This document shows, piece by piece, positions 47,345-60,520 of a stretch of 64,000 bases of DNA; the stretch's first letter is position 1; each line of letters begins with the position of its first letter. The position numbers were made by a program, and so were the translations under genes. The stretch spans positions 1,612,001-1,676,000 of the forward strand of contig CP145410.1 of assembly GCA_036867785.1 (NCBI GenBank), read 5' to 3'. Source of the DNA: Plasmodiophora brassicae. Lineage: Eukaryota. The notes under the pieces are model-generated. The model saw only the letters and a program-made list of their open reading frames with translations. It was not told where the DNA came from and ran no database searches.

Positions 47345-47458
47345 CGTCGTGGCGCCAATGTTCGGTCCAGTCCACTGGGGGCGACCCGTCACATGACCTA
47401 CGCTCCCCGAGGGCGAGTCGCAATGCCCACGCTGCGTCATCGAGAATATATTGTATTG

Positions 47459-50202
47459 TCAGCGATCAGCGGCCACCACTGATGAAGGCGTTCGACCTGT
47501 GCGCGTGTACATCGCTGCCACGAGCGCGTTCGCCTGCGCTAGCCCATCAGGGGTGGCGTCCGACAACGAGGAGATGACAGACAGCGCCCGCTCGGCCTTG
47601 TCGACATCGTTGAACTTGCAGCACGCATCGAGGACGCTCATCCACGTGGACACGCTGACGTTGCTGGCGTTGGAAACGGCCTGCAACGCTTCGTCGAGCC
47701 GGCCGGCCTGTGTGTAGACGCCAGCGAGGATGTGCACCTGTGCGGGATTGAGGTTCACCTGCCACGTGTAAGCGAACTCCTTCGCGATCGCCTCGGCGGC
47801 AACGACGTCTCCCGCGAGACGACACGCAGAGAGCAGCGAGGTCAGCGTTGTCCCGGTAGGACGGACACCAGAGGCCTTCACTTGCTCGAGCACGTCCATG
47901 GCCGGGAGCAGCATACCCCGTCGGGCATACGCCTCGATCATCTCGTCGAAGACGCGGATGTTCAGGACCTGCTGGTCGTTGTTGCATCGGTCTCGGAACA
48001 CTTGTTCGGCACCGGCGAGGTCGTCAGCACGTTCATAGGCGTCAATGGCGGCAACGACGACGTCGTCAACGTTGTGAAGGTCGTGGCTACGGGCGTAGTC
48101 CAGCAATTTCGTAATCGACGCGGGTTGCTTCACGTGGTCCAACAGACTGACGAGGACGGGGACACTGACGTTCACGTTATGGTCGACCATGGACTGAAAC
48201 ACGGCCATGGCGTCATCGATGCATCCCGCTTTCGCGTACGTCGTGATCAGCGCCTCCGCAACAACAACGTCGGTCAGAAGGTCCTTCCCAGCAGCGTAAT
48301 CGCGCAAGGCCTTCATGGCCTCCAGATCGCCCTGACGACCCGCCAACTGGATCAGCGACCTGAGCACGTAGACGCCAACGTCAACGTCGGCCTGGACCGA
48401 TGATTCGAACAGCGACATGGCGTCGGCAAGACGATCGGCCTTGACATACGCCGATAGGCCGCTGGTGTAGATCTCCGCGTCCAACGGGACGCCCATTGTC
48501 TTGAACCGTTCGAACGTGCCGATCGCGTTCTGCAGCATGCCATGGTGGCTGTAGGCGGCCATGATCGTGTTGAACGTCTCCGGTCGAGGAACGCTCCACT
48601 CGCAGCGCTTGGTGAACGCCTCCTCGGCGTCCCCGATCGAATCGCAGTAGTCGTACGCCGATATGAGGGAGCACGTGATAACGTCGTCGCTCTCCAGCAA
48701 CGAGCTATCCGACGCGAACTGATGAAGCTCGCGAACCACCGTCAGATCACGACATCGGCCATACGCGAAGATCAACGAGCTCAGCACGATGCCGTTCAGC
48801 ATGAGGTACTTCTCGCGGGCGTAACGATGGAGCTCCCGCACAGCGTCGACGTTACGTGCACGGCCGCAGGCGGAGACGAGCGTGGCGAACACGGGCGCCC
48901 CTGCCGTCATGCCGCGTTGCTGCATCGAACGGAAGACATCCATGCCGTCGGCGGCGCGATCCGCCTTGCTGAAGACGGACAGGATGTTCGTGTACGCCTC
49001 GATGGAGAGTTGCAGGCCGGACTTCACGACCTGATCGGCGATGGCCACCGCCTTATCCAGCTTGCCGTTCCGGGCATACGACGCGATCATCGAGTTCAGC
49101 GTGCCCAGGTCGTGCGTTCGTCGCGACAGGAACATGCGCTCAGCGCTGGCCATGTCGTTGCAATGGTCGTACGCGCAGACGAAGGAACAGATCAGAACGT
49201 CGTCGTTCAGCAGCGTGTGGTCCCTGGCGTACTGCTCCAGAGCTTGGACGGATGCAGCTTGGGCGCATCGTCCATACGCCGACACGAACGCGCTGACGAC
49301 GATCGGGTTCTGCAGGATGAACTTCTCGAGAGCGATCCGATGCAGGTACTGGATCGACGGGAGGTCGTCGGCGCGGCCGCATGCCACCACGACGCAGGAT
49401 AGGAGCGCGGGACCGACGTCGACGCCTCGTTCGATCATGGTGCGCAGCACGTTCATTGCCGGGACGATGAGGTTCGCCTTGGCCAGCGAGGAGGCGACGT
49501 GCGTGTAGACCTGAACGGATGGGATCATGCCGACGCCTTCAATGACGTACAGGACGTTCAGTGCCGCATCGAAGCGTCTCTGCGACAGCAGCGCCTTCGC
49601 CAGGTTGCCGAACGTCGCCTGATGCACCTGCATGTTCTTCTCCCGGATCAGTTCCAGCAACTTCTCGGCGGCGTCGGCCCCTCGTTCCGACCTGGCTTCG
49701 GCGCAGCAGGCTGCGAGGATGGAGAGCAGCCTGTCGCTGACCTCGACGCTCTGTAGTTCCCCGACGAGGAACAGCGCCTCGGACGGGCGATGCGCCTCGC
49801 GGCAAATGTGGGCGATACCGAAGACGGCGTTGTGCTGCCGGGGGCCGCATTTCGCGAAGACGTCCAACGCGTCATCGACAAGTGCCGGTTTCGCCCGCTG
49901 ACACGCGGACAGGAACGTACAGAACAGGACGTGGTCGGTGCTGATTGGCGCTTCGGCGGCGATGGCGGCGCGCATGACCTCGGGCGCCCTGCCGGGCAGG
50001 TGTCGAACGCAGAACCCCAGCATTGTCTGGAAGAACCGGACATCGCCATGAATCCCTTCGCTGAACATGTTCAGAACGTGCTGGAAGACCGCCCATCCCC
50101 GGTTCGGGTCCGTCTCCTGTTTCAGCGCCGCGATCCCCAGCCGCAACGACGGCCTGCTCAGGAACGTCGTGAACAGACGAGAGGGCACGCTGTCGCCTTC
50201 CG

Positions 50203-50242
<40 letters not shown>

Positions 50243-50344
50243 CGTACGCTCCTGCACGGCCACCGTCGAAAGACGGCATCGCGACGCAGCCGCCCACGGT
50301 CGGGCGCGACAAGCTGCCGCCCTCCGCAAAGCCCCCACAAACAT
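47459..50344 (-). CDS. Pentatricopeptide repeat protein with mitochondrial presequence (961 aa, intronless)
   Basis: Repeated ~35-aa motifs (TLNSMIASYARNGKLDKA, TFNTIMAAYSHHGMLQNA, TLTSLLSACRLAGD); N-terminus MFVGALRRAAACRARPW..RLST. Confidence 0.9.
50205..50240. repeat. (GCC)12 trinucleotide repeat encoding poly-Ala in the PPR N-terminus
   Basis: Counted directly. Confidence 0.95.
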
Positions 50345-50660
50345 GACTGCCGACCGGGCTACCCCGCGACTCGCCGCCTGTCGCGCACATTTCGATCGCC
50401 GCCGTCAGCGTCTGCAGCCTGCACTCCTCCGTCGGCAGCTCCCTGTCGGAGGCGCACGCATCGCCGACATGTTGAGGCGTACGTACAGCGCAGCGCTGTG
50501 TGGGAACCTCAGAAATTTGTTAAAAGAATTGCAAGTGTTCGTTCCGTGGGTTTTTTGGTGGACGGGTGTCCCGCTCCGTCGGCTTGCGGCACGCGGCACG
50601 CCCCCGCCTGATGGTGCAGTCGTCATTTCGTTATAGCTGTCCGTCGCGGAGGGCGTCCGA

Positions 50661-53527
50661 ATGTGGAGGCTGGTGCGGGCGAGCGTCAGCGTGCGGGCGT
50701 CAGGGTTCGGCTGCGCCACCTGGGCCCGGTACCTGAGCGCTTCGTCCAGTCCGATCACGAACATCGGCATCAGCGCGCATATCGATTCCGGCAAGACGAC
50801 GTTGACAGGTGACCTTGCCGTGTTTGGGGCCTCGTCGCTCACGCTGACGTTCGTGCTGCAGAACGAATTTTGTATTACACAGGTTTGCTGGCTAATCGGC
50901 AGCATGCATCGTCATCTGCTCAGTTGGTTACGCAGGTCGCATCCATGAAATCCACGATGTTCGAGGCCGAGATGGTATGTATTCGATCATGTGATGCACG
51001 AATGGCGCCGCTAAGCACCCGCACAGGTGTTGGAGCCAAGATGGACTCTATGGAGCTGGAACGCGAAAAGGTTCGACCTTGGCAGGCGTCGCAATGATCG
51101 CAGTTGCTGACAGGATCGTCGTTGCCTGACATCAGGGCATCACCATTCAAAGTGCTGCTACGTTCACGCGCTGGAACGACAGTCACATCAACATTATCGA
51201 CACACCTGGGCACGTTGACTTCACTATTGAAGTCGAGCGGTCGCTGCGTGTCCTCGACGGCGCCGTTCTTGTGTCGGTTATTCCTGCGGGTCGTATTGGA
51301 TTTCAGCTAATCGGTCGGTTTGCTGCAGGCTTTGCAGCGTCGGTGGTGTGCAAAGCCAGTCGATCACTGTCGATCGGCAGATGAAGCGGTATAACGTCCC
51401 GCGGATCTGCTTTATCAACAAGCTAGATCGGATTGGTGCGAGCCCGTTTCGGGTGATTGAAGATGTCAGACGGACGCTTGGCATCAATGCGTCTGCTGTA
51501 CAGATTCCAGTGGGACTGGAGGACAAGCATCGCGGCGTTGTTGACCTGCTCACTGGAGAATGCTATTTGTTCGAGGGCGGTAACGGCGAGCTCGTTCGAA
51601 AAGGTCCAAGGCCGAGCGACCTCGACGACGAATTCGAAACGCACCGACGGCGTCTGATCGAAAGAGTTGCCGAAGTTGATGACACCATTGCGGAGTACTT
51701 CCTGAACGAAGAAGTCCCTCCTGTTGACGTGCTCAAGCAAGCTATTCGTACTGCCACAATCGCGAACACGTTTGCCCCCGTCTTCATGGGTGGGTACGCC
51801 ACGCCATCAGTCTACGCCTTTCACTCATCGTCGTGTTTACGTAGGCTCGGCGTTCAAAAACAAAGGTGTACAGCCGCTGCTTGATGGCGTTGTCGACTAC
51901 CTGCCACACCCGCACGAAGTCGTTAACGAGGCGCTTGACATTGCCAACAAAGAGGCCGTCGTCCGGTTGGATTCCAAAGCCGACAAGCCTCTTGTTGCGC
52001 TAGGTCGGTTGCGGTTCCTTATGCGTCTTGTTTCGGTAGCCGCTTATATTGCTTGGTCATTTCAGCGTTTAAGCTTGAAGAGAACCGCTTCGGTCAGCTG
52101 ACCTATACCAGAGTGTACCAAGGTCAGGCTCAGGCTGGATCTGAACGTGCACTCTACCAGTATGACAATTGTTGTCCGCAGGGACGCTTCGCAAGGGCGA
52201 TTTCATACAGAACACGAGCAAGCCCGGGTCAAAGAAAATCAAAGTCCCCAGGCTTGTTCGCATGCACAGCAACGAAATGGAAGACATCGACGAAGCTGGT
52301 CCTGGCGAGATCGTCGCCATGTTTGGTACGTTGAACGGACAAGTACTGTGGAATAGCGTGTTCTATCCGAATCTGCAGGTCTTGAATGCAATTCCGGGAG
52401 CACGTTCACAGATGGGTCACTGAACTACAGTATGACGTCCATGTATGTTCCTGAACCTGTGATGTCGTATGCGATCAAGACGGAATCTAGCAGCGACAAC
52501 GGCAACTTCTCAAAGGTCGGACTTCATCTCCTAGTCGGTCACGATTGGCACTGACAATCTACACAGGCAATATCGCGTTTTACTCGAGAAGACCCGACGT
52601 TTCATGTCTCGTACGACGATGAGACGAAGCAGACGGTTATCGCTGGAATGGGTGAACTTCATCTTCAAATCTACATCGAGAGGCTGTTAAGAGAGTATAA
52701 CGTGAAAACGATTGCAAGTCCGCCTCGTGTAAATTACAAGTAAGTCTGGGACCCCGGATGTGCATGGCATATGCATCGTTCTGACTATGGCTGGTGGTAT
52801 CATTCCAGGGAGGCGATAACTAAGCCTGTCAAATTCGACTACTTCCACAGGAAACAGACTGGAGGTGCTGGGCAGTACGCGCGGATCGTCGGGGTCATGG
52901 AGCCAATCCCGCCGGAAGAGAACCTGAATTTCGATTTCGTCAACGAGCTAGTCGGCAACAACGTACCTCCTGAATACGTTCCTGCTGTCCAGAAGGGATT
53001 CGAGCACGCCATGTATGCACCCGTGACATTCATGTGCGATTGGCGCGTCTCACAGTTGGGCCAGGCGGAGAGGTGTTCTGATCGGTCACCCGTGCGTCGG
53101 TTTGCGTGTTCGCCTGCAGGACGGCCAGGCGCACAGTGTCGACTCTTCGGAAATGGCATTCCGGATTTGTGCCGAGTACGCCTACCGAACGTTCTTCCCC
53201 AAGGGGAGCCCGATCATCACGGAGCCGATCATGATGGTCCAGGTCGAAGTCCCGTCCGAGTTCCAGGGCGCCGCCATGGCCGGCGTCAACCGGCGTCGTG
53301 GGCTGATCATCGACAGCGTCACCGATGACACCATGTGCCGAATCCGAACCGAGGTCCCGCTGAGTCTCATGTTCGGCTACTCCACCGATCTGCGCTCCGC
53401 CACCACGGGCAAGGGCGAGTTCTCCATGGAGTACTCCCGACACCAACCCGTCCCCCGCGACCAGCAGAAGGAGCTCATGGACGAGTACCAGAAGAAGCGC
53501 GCTGCCGAGCTCGCTGACAAGAAATAG
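50661..53527 (+). CDS. GFM1: Mitochondrial elongation factor G1, many introns
   Basis: [105 protein letters not shown]. Confidence 0.95.
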
Positions 53528-53945
53528 GGCCGTCTGCACGGTGAATACAGTGGTCAGAGTGGTTTTGGTTCGGAGAATTCCGCATTCGTGCGTGGTGTAG
53601 CTGGTGCGCACTGTCGCTGGTCGCGATGTCGAAGCTGTGGGCCACCTATGGGGCTGGTCATCCCTCGTGGTACAGTGGCCCCATCAGCTCGGCCCGTACG
53701 ACGTCAGCCAGATCTCGCTGTATTATCCAGGAGGCGGGCACGCGGTGCTCGTTGACCAGCTCGTCAGTGAACTACCCGCCAGCACCTGCAACAGGCCGTT
53801 TATTATCCGGACCATTCCGGTTACCGCTTCCGGTCGGTTCGAGGGACACCTTTCCGTCGTATGAAAACTCGTGATATGACACTGTGTAGGACCGGGCGCG
53901 CGAAACGGCATCATCCTGGTCGAACTCACGTCTCGCAGAGTTGCT

Positions 53946-54842
53946 ATGACGAGAAACGCCCGGCCGCAGTTGATGTTCACCAGAGACAAGCCGCAGGAGA
54001 AAGCCGACAGGGTCCAGTGGGAATGCGCCAAAGTGCTGGGCGAGAAGCTGATCCAAATAGAATCCCAACTGAACGTGATCGGCGCGAGGTACGCGAACGC
54101 GAACGTCGTTAAGGCTGTTTTCTTCTACGCGCACGACATACCTGGCGTTCATGCGGGCAAATGCTTTGAAGATCAGGCGTTCGTAAGGACCATGGCCAGG
54201 GTCTTTGACATGCAGGTTCCGCCCGTGGAATCGATCGAACAGCCTGCGCCAAGCGGTTTGGGGCAGATCCCCAGGACGCACCTGGATGCAGGCAAGGACG
54301 GTGCGCTGGAGGCGTCGGCGTTGAGCGAACGGATCGCGCGAGAACTGCCGCGAGTTCTCGAGACGATGTTTCAAGACCGGGTGTCAAACGTCGACTTCGA
54401 GATGGATGTGCTGTATCATCTCGAGGACGCGTTTCGATACCCACCCGCCCTGAGACGGATGATGGCCGCGACGGGCAAGTACCAGTTTGATGGCTCGGTA
54501 TGCAACAAGCCCTATGTGGAACTGAACATGTTGATCAAGGGGTATTGTCCTGGATGGGATTCGTCTCTAGTTTCGCCAATTACTTCCTCACCAACCGCAT
54601 TGGCTGCGTCGCTCGGTACTGCCGCGACTAGTGGCACCTCTATCGCGCCTAGCGTCTCATCCAGGTTAGTACCCACTGTCGCCGACCAAGCCATCTCTCC
54701 TGCCGACGTCACCAAGGGCCCTCCTGCTGCCGACCGCTGGGCGTCCCAGCAAATGGCCATCAAAGAGTGTCTCCCGCTCCTGTTCCAGCTCTTCGAACAG
54801 AGGAAGTTCCTTCCGTATTTGACCGGCGGAACGATTCGTTGA
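53946..54842 (+). CDS. Hypothetical protein (298-aa ORF; may have upstream exons from ~53626)
   Basis: Long ORF with coding-like composition; no family recognised. Confidence 0.5.
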   Translation: MTRNARPQLMFTRDKPQEKADRVQWECAKVLGEKLIQIESQLNVIGARYANANVVKAVFFYAHDIPGVHAGKCFEDQAFVRTMARVFDMQVPPVESIEQPAPSGLGQIPRTHLDAGKDGALEASALSERIARELPRVLETMFQDRVSNVDFEMDVLYHLEDAFRYPPALRRMMAATGKYQFDGSVCNKPYVELNMLIKGYCPGWDSSLVSPITSSPTALAASLGTAATSGTSIAPSVSSRLVPTVADQAISPADVTKGPPAADRWASQQMAIKECLPLLFQLFEQRKFLPYLTGGTIR

Positions 54843-54911
54843 ATTAAAGCAATATTTTCAACTTTGTTCCAACAGAACGGTCGTAGCTGTCCTCCATAAG
54901 GCACCTATGTA

Positions 54912-55965
54912 CAGTGATTACCGTAATTAGTCTGTATGCGCAATTAGTGTTAGTTCATAATTAGTGTGATACACACTATTCAGGGTCGGGTGCTCTTGGC
55001 ACACCTCAGTATATATAGTACAACACTGGTAAATACATGCGAAATGTACCATGAAAATTCAAATTTCATTATGTAAGTACATTAAGGAACGACTTCGCCT
55101 TCAAAATGGTTGCGATGTTTTGCAACAATCGCCTGGAGCTCGGGTGATAGCTGCTGGATGCGCCATTCGCCGGTGACATCCTTGGACAAACCGCACCGGA
55201 TCATTGCCTTGCGAGCATACTTGAGCCCATTCGCATCGCGACAGGAGTCCACGTACTTGACCGAATCAGCAGCAAGTTTGAGAAAGAACGTTTTGCCCGG
55301 ATTCTTGAGTGCCCCCGACACCCGTTGCCTGCTGTTCGCATTGGGCTGGACCTGAACTCGTTGGGAAACATGCGAATCGTCCGAGCGAACAGGCCTGGCT
55401 TTCGTCGTCGATCATCCACTTCACGACCCTGATTCTTGACTGCTGGGTACAGAGGTGCTGCAGTTTTCTCTTACGTGCCGAATCGTTGCGGGCATTCGCA
55501 TCATCATCTTCAATCCTAACCTCCTCTTCGGCGCCGTCGCCTTGCTGCTGTTCCGGTTCTCGTGGCACTTGATCATGCGGCTGCCGATGCTGCTGATGCA
55601 GCTGCGATCGAGCAAACGCGGCAGCAAGAGGTGACGCAGAGAAGACAGACAACGCTTGTGACGATGACGTCGCTGGAGCCATCCGCGTATCTCACGTGAA
55701 CAAACAGAGTGCAATCATTTCCGGGTCCCTGCGGGCTCAGCGGCCAGCACGTGCGGCGTCCGTGGGGACTGGCTCGCACTGCGGCGCTGCGTATGCCTAT
55801 ACACACTAATTACGTGTGAAAATAAATAGTGTGTATCACAGTATTCATGCCAGCACCTATATAGTGTTAATTCGCATTTAGTGTTATACACACTAATCAA
55901 GGGTTGAGCCTCTAAAATCGCTAACACCTAATTAGTCTGATACAGACTAATTACGGTAATCACTG
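54912..55965 (-). mobile_element. Non-autonomous, internally deleted Tc1/mariner-superfamily (pogo-like) DNA transposon, 1054 bp
   Basis: 26-bp TIRs cagtgattaccgtaattagtctgtat (54912-54937) and its reverse complement (55940-55965); TA on both sides; subterminal AATTAGT/ACTAATT repeats; internal remnant NPGKTFFLKLAADSV..YARKAMIRCGL..W..QL.PELQAIV.KH. Confidence 0.9.
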
Positions 55966-57185
55966 TAGGTAGGTAGAGTAAATAGGAGGCGAGGTCTTTC
56001 CATGTGAGTAGCGTGCCGACGTCATAAACATCGGTGTGTCGACTGTCGACACATCCGTGCTTCTGGCGACCTGGGTCATTCCGGCGATTTTTCCGCCCAG
56101 TGCTTGTCGTCGTCAGACACATCATCATCCGCGTCATGCCCAGGGATTCAGCCACTGGGGTAGACGATTCCCTGACAGCGTCTTACCAGCGGCCAGCGTT
56201 CGTTGATATTGCCACTGCCTTCGTCGCTGCTCGAGATATGCACATGGGCTGCCATCTGAGGAAGGACAGTAAGGGGCCCTCAAGTCGCGGAAACGTATGT
56301 CATTGTCCCCATGCCACGTTTGTCCACCTATGACTCTTTCTTGTCTCTATGTGTGGCTAAGCATCATCTTCAGGTGGCAGAATAACATTCAGGGCAGTCG
56401 ATGCCTGAGCAAGGCGCTGGTAAACACACGACGCTGACTACTGTCACCTTGGAGCAATAGTGGGACCCAGGACTTCCATATCGTCGTCATCGTCATCGGT
56501 CGGCCACATCAGGAACTCATCAGACTCGTTAGATGACTCCACGCGCCAAGGCGTCGACACATCTCCCGTTTAAAGAATGGCCGATTGATGTCTCGTACGT
56601 TGCTCCAACGTGTCAGGACTCAGATTCAGCGACGCGCCTCTACCAGCGCCTTGCGCATGCATCCCGAGATCAACTTCTGAAAGTGGTTCTGCTACCGACC
56701 GGGATCGAATGCTGAGCCAAGTAACGATCTTGGACAAACGTCGGCGTGCCCTGGATCAAGGCGATGGATCTCGTCCGTGGTCGGAGCCTACCGACGCATT
56801 CACTGGCCTTGTACGTTTTGGCGGTGACGATGTCGTCAGAAGACGTGCCGCAGCGAGCAGGAGTCGAGGACGACGACCTTGTCCCGCTCTCCGCCATTTG
56901 CTGCCGTCCTCAAATCCGTTCCAGATCTGTTAAAATCTGGGACAGATTGAAGACAATTCATATTCGTGTATAGGAATGGACGATGCAAGTTTGTGGAGGA
57001 GACTTGAGGATGACGCTATGAGCGGCGGCGGTGTTTTCAATTGTTTTTTTTTGCGCGGCACACCGTTTCGGAATTGGCAGATTTTGGCGGGAAAATATGT
57101 GCGCTGGAAGGCGCCCCCGCAGTTTGGGACGGGGCGCGCGCGCCAGACGGTTTCGTGCGTTCGACGAGAACACACCTGAACGCCC

Positions 57186-58436
57186 ATGACGCGCCTGACG
57201 CGATCGTCGTCCGGCGTCCGGCAACGAACAGTCTTCGACTCGTTGCCCCAGCGGAAGCCGCGGACGAAGGCGGCTGTAGCGAAGGCGAAGACGGAGGTGG
57301 AGATTGTGAAAGCTCCTGTCGACCGGTACCTCGAGGCGATGCGCGCGCTGAAGACGTCACCGCCGTCGTCAGCATCTATCCCGTGTCGTCAGGCGGAGGA
57401 AGGCACGGTGCAATCGTTTATTGACGGATGCCGTCAACGCGGCCATGGTGGTTCGCTTTACGTGGTTGGTTCGCCGGGCACCGGTAAATCCATCACCATC
57501 GACGCTGTCGTGTCGCGCCAGCGCTCTTGTCGAAAGGCCACGTTGAACGCCATGTCGTTGCCGTCACCGAACGCCCTGTATTCTCGACTTTTCACCGAGC
57601 TGACCGATCGGACCGCATCCTCTTCCGACGCGATCGACCACCTTGACCGATTGTTCACAACCGGTTCTGCAATGCAAATCGTCGTCATCGACGAAATCGA
57701 CGGGTTGCTGTCGTCTACTGCTGACGCTCTCTACCGCTTGTTCCAATGGGCACACGCGCCCGAATCCACCCTCATCCTGATTGGCATTGCAAACACGTCG
57801 CAGGTGACCGACCGGTACCTGCCGCGTCTGGCCCAGCACGACATTCATCCGCAACGCCTGACGTTCAAGGCGTATTCCCCAGCGGAGCTGACCTGCATCC
57901 TCCGTGAACGCGTCCCGCTGCCGATCTTCGACACGCATGCTGCAGACTTGCTGGCGCGGAAGGTGGCGGGGTCTGCGGCTGGCGACGCCCGCAAGTTCCT
58001 GGACCTATGCAGGAAGGCGATCAGCGCGGCTTCGTCCACCCGTGATGATTGCATTCGTGTGGCGACCGTCTCCCGAGTCCTGAACGGCGCGTTCGAATCC
58101 CGGCACGTCACGATCATTCGGGGCCTGCCCACGCATCAGAAGATCACGCTCTGCATGCTCGCTTTGATGACCACGCCGACGACAACGGTCGGGCAGTTCC
58201 GGGAGTTCTACGCTCGTGAAGCGCAACGTCAGAGCGTGCCCGTCGCATCAGGCGCCGACCTGCAGCCCATTATTCAGTCGCTCGTGTCGGCCGGCATGGT
58301 TGACCTGAAGCAACGCCCCAGGCAGACGTTCCAAGACGCTGTCCTGACATGTCGTGCCCAGAAGGCGGATATTCAGTTCGCGCTCAAGGACGAACATTAC
58401 TTTGCAACTCTGCTGAAATCGCAGCTCGCCTCATAA
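57186..58436 (+). CDS. CDC6: Cell division control protein 6 (AAA+ ORC1/CDC6 family), intronless
   Basis: SLYVVGSPGTGKS (Walker A), VVIDEIDGL (Walker B), LILIGIAN, FKAYSPAEL, ARKVAGSAAGDARKFLDLCRKA. Confidence 0.9.
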   Translation: MTRLTRSSSGVRQRTVFDSLPQRKPRTKAAVAKAKTEVEIVKAPVDRYLEAMRALKTSPPSSASIPCRQAEEGTVQSFIDGCRQRGHGGSLYVVGSPGTGKSITIDAVVSRQRSCRKATLNAMSLPSPNALYSRLFTELTDRTASSSDAIDHLDRLFTTGSAMQIVVIDEIDGLLSSTADALYRLFQWAHAPESTLILIGIANTSQVTDRYLPRLAQHDIHPQRLTFKAYSPAELTCILRERVPLPIFDTHAADLLARKVAGSAAGDARKFLDLCRKAISAASSTRDDCIRVATVSRVLNGAFESRHVTIIRGLPTHQKITLCMLALMTTPTTTVGQFREFYAREAQRQSVPVASGADLQPIIQSLVSAGMVDLKQRPRQTFQDAVLTCRAQKADIQFALKDEHYFATLLKSQLAS

Positions 58437-58654
58437 ATATGGTCTGCATTTGGCTTACAATCATGCTCTGCTCATGACAAACGATGTGCCGCCTGTCTGG
58501 AAATGACGCCGGTTTATCTCTTACTGTTCTGTTGATACTTGCCCGATAATATGGCACGTATGTACACGATCAATACTCGTCACAGCGAGGTCCATGGAGT
58601 CAACGTCAGCGGAATCGGGCGTTGCAAGGCAAGCGTTTCGCTCTAGAATGTCGG

Positions 58655-59491
58655 TCAGCCGCTGATTTCAAACGTGTAAAGGTAGCCTACGGGCAAGCAG
58701 CACAGACGTGTTGACCACAGTAATCCACCTTGGTCATATCGACCATATTGGACATTCGGCTCCATCAGGCCAGCGAAACGAAAGTCTTCGACTAGCGGCG
58801 AGGGCATCACACCTGGCCCTGCGCCTAGTCCTGACGACGAATGCGAGAGCACCGATCCGGACATTGGGCCTAGTCCTGGCGGCGAATGTGGAAACTCGTC
58901 TGATTCCGTTTCCCAGTCGTCCGCGACAGTGGCGACGGTGACTTCCGCAGCGTGCCATGATGTGTCGGCATTCCTGTGTCGACGTTTTAGAACTGTGAAA
59001 GCAATGATGGAGAGCGACCGTGCTTACAGAAAACTCTTCGCAACATTGTCTATATGCACCTTCTGATGCTTACGAAGACTGACATTGGACGCGAACGCGA
59101 CAGTGCACCCCGGCTCGGTGCACACGAACGGGCGGCAACCGAAATGACTGCGGAGGTGCCTCACCAACGTTCCGCTTTCTGGATCAAAACGCTATCAACA
59201 TGGTACTATAAGGCAATGCCGACGCAACGTACGCGTGAACCTCCTTCCGCAAACATGACACCGATGGGGCTTCTCACCCGAATGAATGCGCTTGTGCCTT
59301 GACACGGAACTGACCCATTTGAACCGGCGTCCACAGTCGTCGCATTGGTACGGCATCTTCTCAGGATGGCACACCTGGCGGTGTGCGTACAGGTCCTTGG
59401 GCGTCCCATCGACCAGGACCGCACCGCAGTCGCTGCACTTGATGTTCACGTTCGCCTTGACGACGCGCGCCCGGCCTGCCCGACTCGTCAT
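58655..59491 (-). CDS. C2H2 zinc-finger protein (~4 fingers), spliced; 3' end approximate
   Basis: YQCDDCGRRFKWVSSVSRHKRIHSGEKPHRCHVCGRRFT|..RHLRSHFGCRPFVCTEPGCTVAFASNVSLRKHQKVH. Confidence 0.8.
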
Positions 59492-59669
59492 CAACGCCAA
59501 CCTGACCCAATGCTCCCCAAATCCCAAATGACGACACGACACGGCCAACCCCTCAGTGCAGCCGTGCCATGTAACACCCCGCAGGCGTTACAGCCTCGAC
59601 TGGTGACTGCATTGCGCTGCAGTCGGACGACTACCGTATCTCTTGGTACGTTGTCGCCAAACGTGCAAG

Positions 59670-60243
59670 CAAAATGGACAGGCGGTAAAAAGGTCCGAGG
59701 AAGTCCGCGTGCGCCGTGGGTTGCATGTCCATTGACCGTGTTGACGTGTTCTGCCGGGCAACGTTGGAGCCCTGAGCGTCGGGCCAGCTTCTCTCTCAGC
59801 AGTATGTGACAGCTTGGGCGTTTCAACGGTCACAGGTAAGGCGATGGGAAGCACAGCGTCTGGCGATCCAGAATTCGAGTCCATCTGCGCGGCCAACCTG
59901 TCCCGGCCGCGAATCATATCTCCATCCGATCGAGGAGACCCTGGATCTTCGCAAACCGGGAGTGCGGCATGGCAGTTTCGGTCGCCATGGTTGAGACCAA
60001 AGTTGAAGTTTGCCAGCTACTGCCGTCGTGCAGGCGGAAGAGTGCACGAGCCAAAGATCAGATTGTGCGACGATTTCTGGCGGCCAACCAGTTGACGATC
60101 CGCATTGCAACACATGAAGCGCAGCGGTCGCCGTTGGAGGTCATGGCCGAGGCAAAGGGATTTCTGGACTCGATTCGTCCCCGGTTCATTACCGCGGAAC
60201 GGTTGAGGAGCCATTTCCTGAACATGGACCAGGCACCGGTCTT
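59670..60243 (+). pseudogene. Degenerate pogo/Tigger-type transposase N-terminal fragment (HTH/CENP-B-like region to start of DDE_1)
   Basis: QVRRWEAQ..GRESYLHPIEETL; MAVSVAMV..VRRFLAANQLTIRIATHEAQR..FLNMDQAPVF; contains stops and frameshifts. Confidence 0.75.
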
Positions 60244-60520
60244 CTGCGCTTCATGTGTTGCAATGCGGATCGTCAACTGGTTGGCCGCCAGAAATCGTCG
60301 CACAATCTGATCTTTGGCTCGTGCACTCTTCCGCCTGCACGACGGCAGTAGCTGGCAAACTTCAACTTTGGTCTCAACCATGGCGACCGAAACTGCCATG
60401 CCGCACTCCCGGTTTGCGAAGATCCAGGGTCTCCTCGATCGGATGGAGATATGATTCGCGGCCGGGACAGGTTGGCCGCGCAGATGGACTCGAATTCTGG
60501 ATCGCCAGACGCTGTGCTTC
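59848..60520. repeat. Long inverted repeat: arms 59848-60124 and 60244-60520 (277 bp each), 119-bp spacer
   Basis: Arms are reverse complements (gaagcacagcgtctggcgatccagaattcgag... / ...ctcgaattctggatcgccagacgctgtgcttc); the ORF track shows identical peptides on both strands. Confidence 0.97.

Noticed and set aside
56000-56970. Fragmentary ORFs between the transposon and CDC6
   Set aside because: No coherent reading frame or recognisable domain.
59041-59160. Suspected frameshift in the last C2H2 finger
   Set aside because: Re-reading the bases gives an intact FVCTEPGCTVAF frame.
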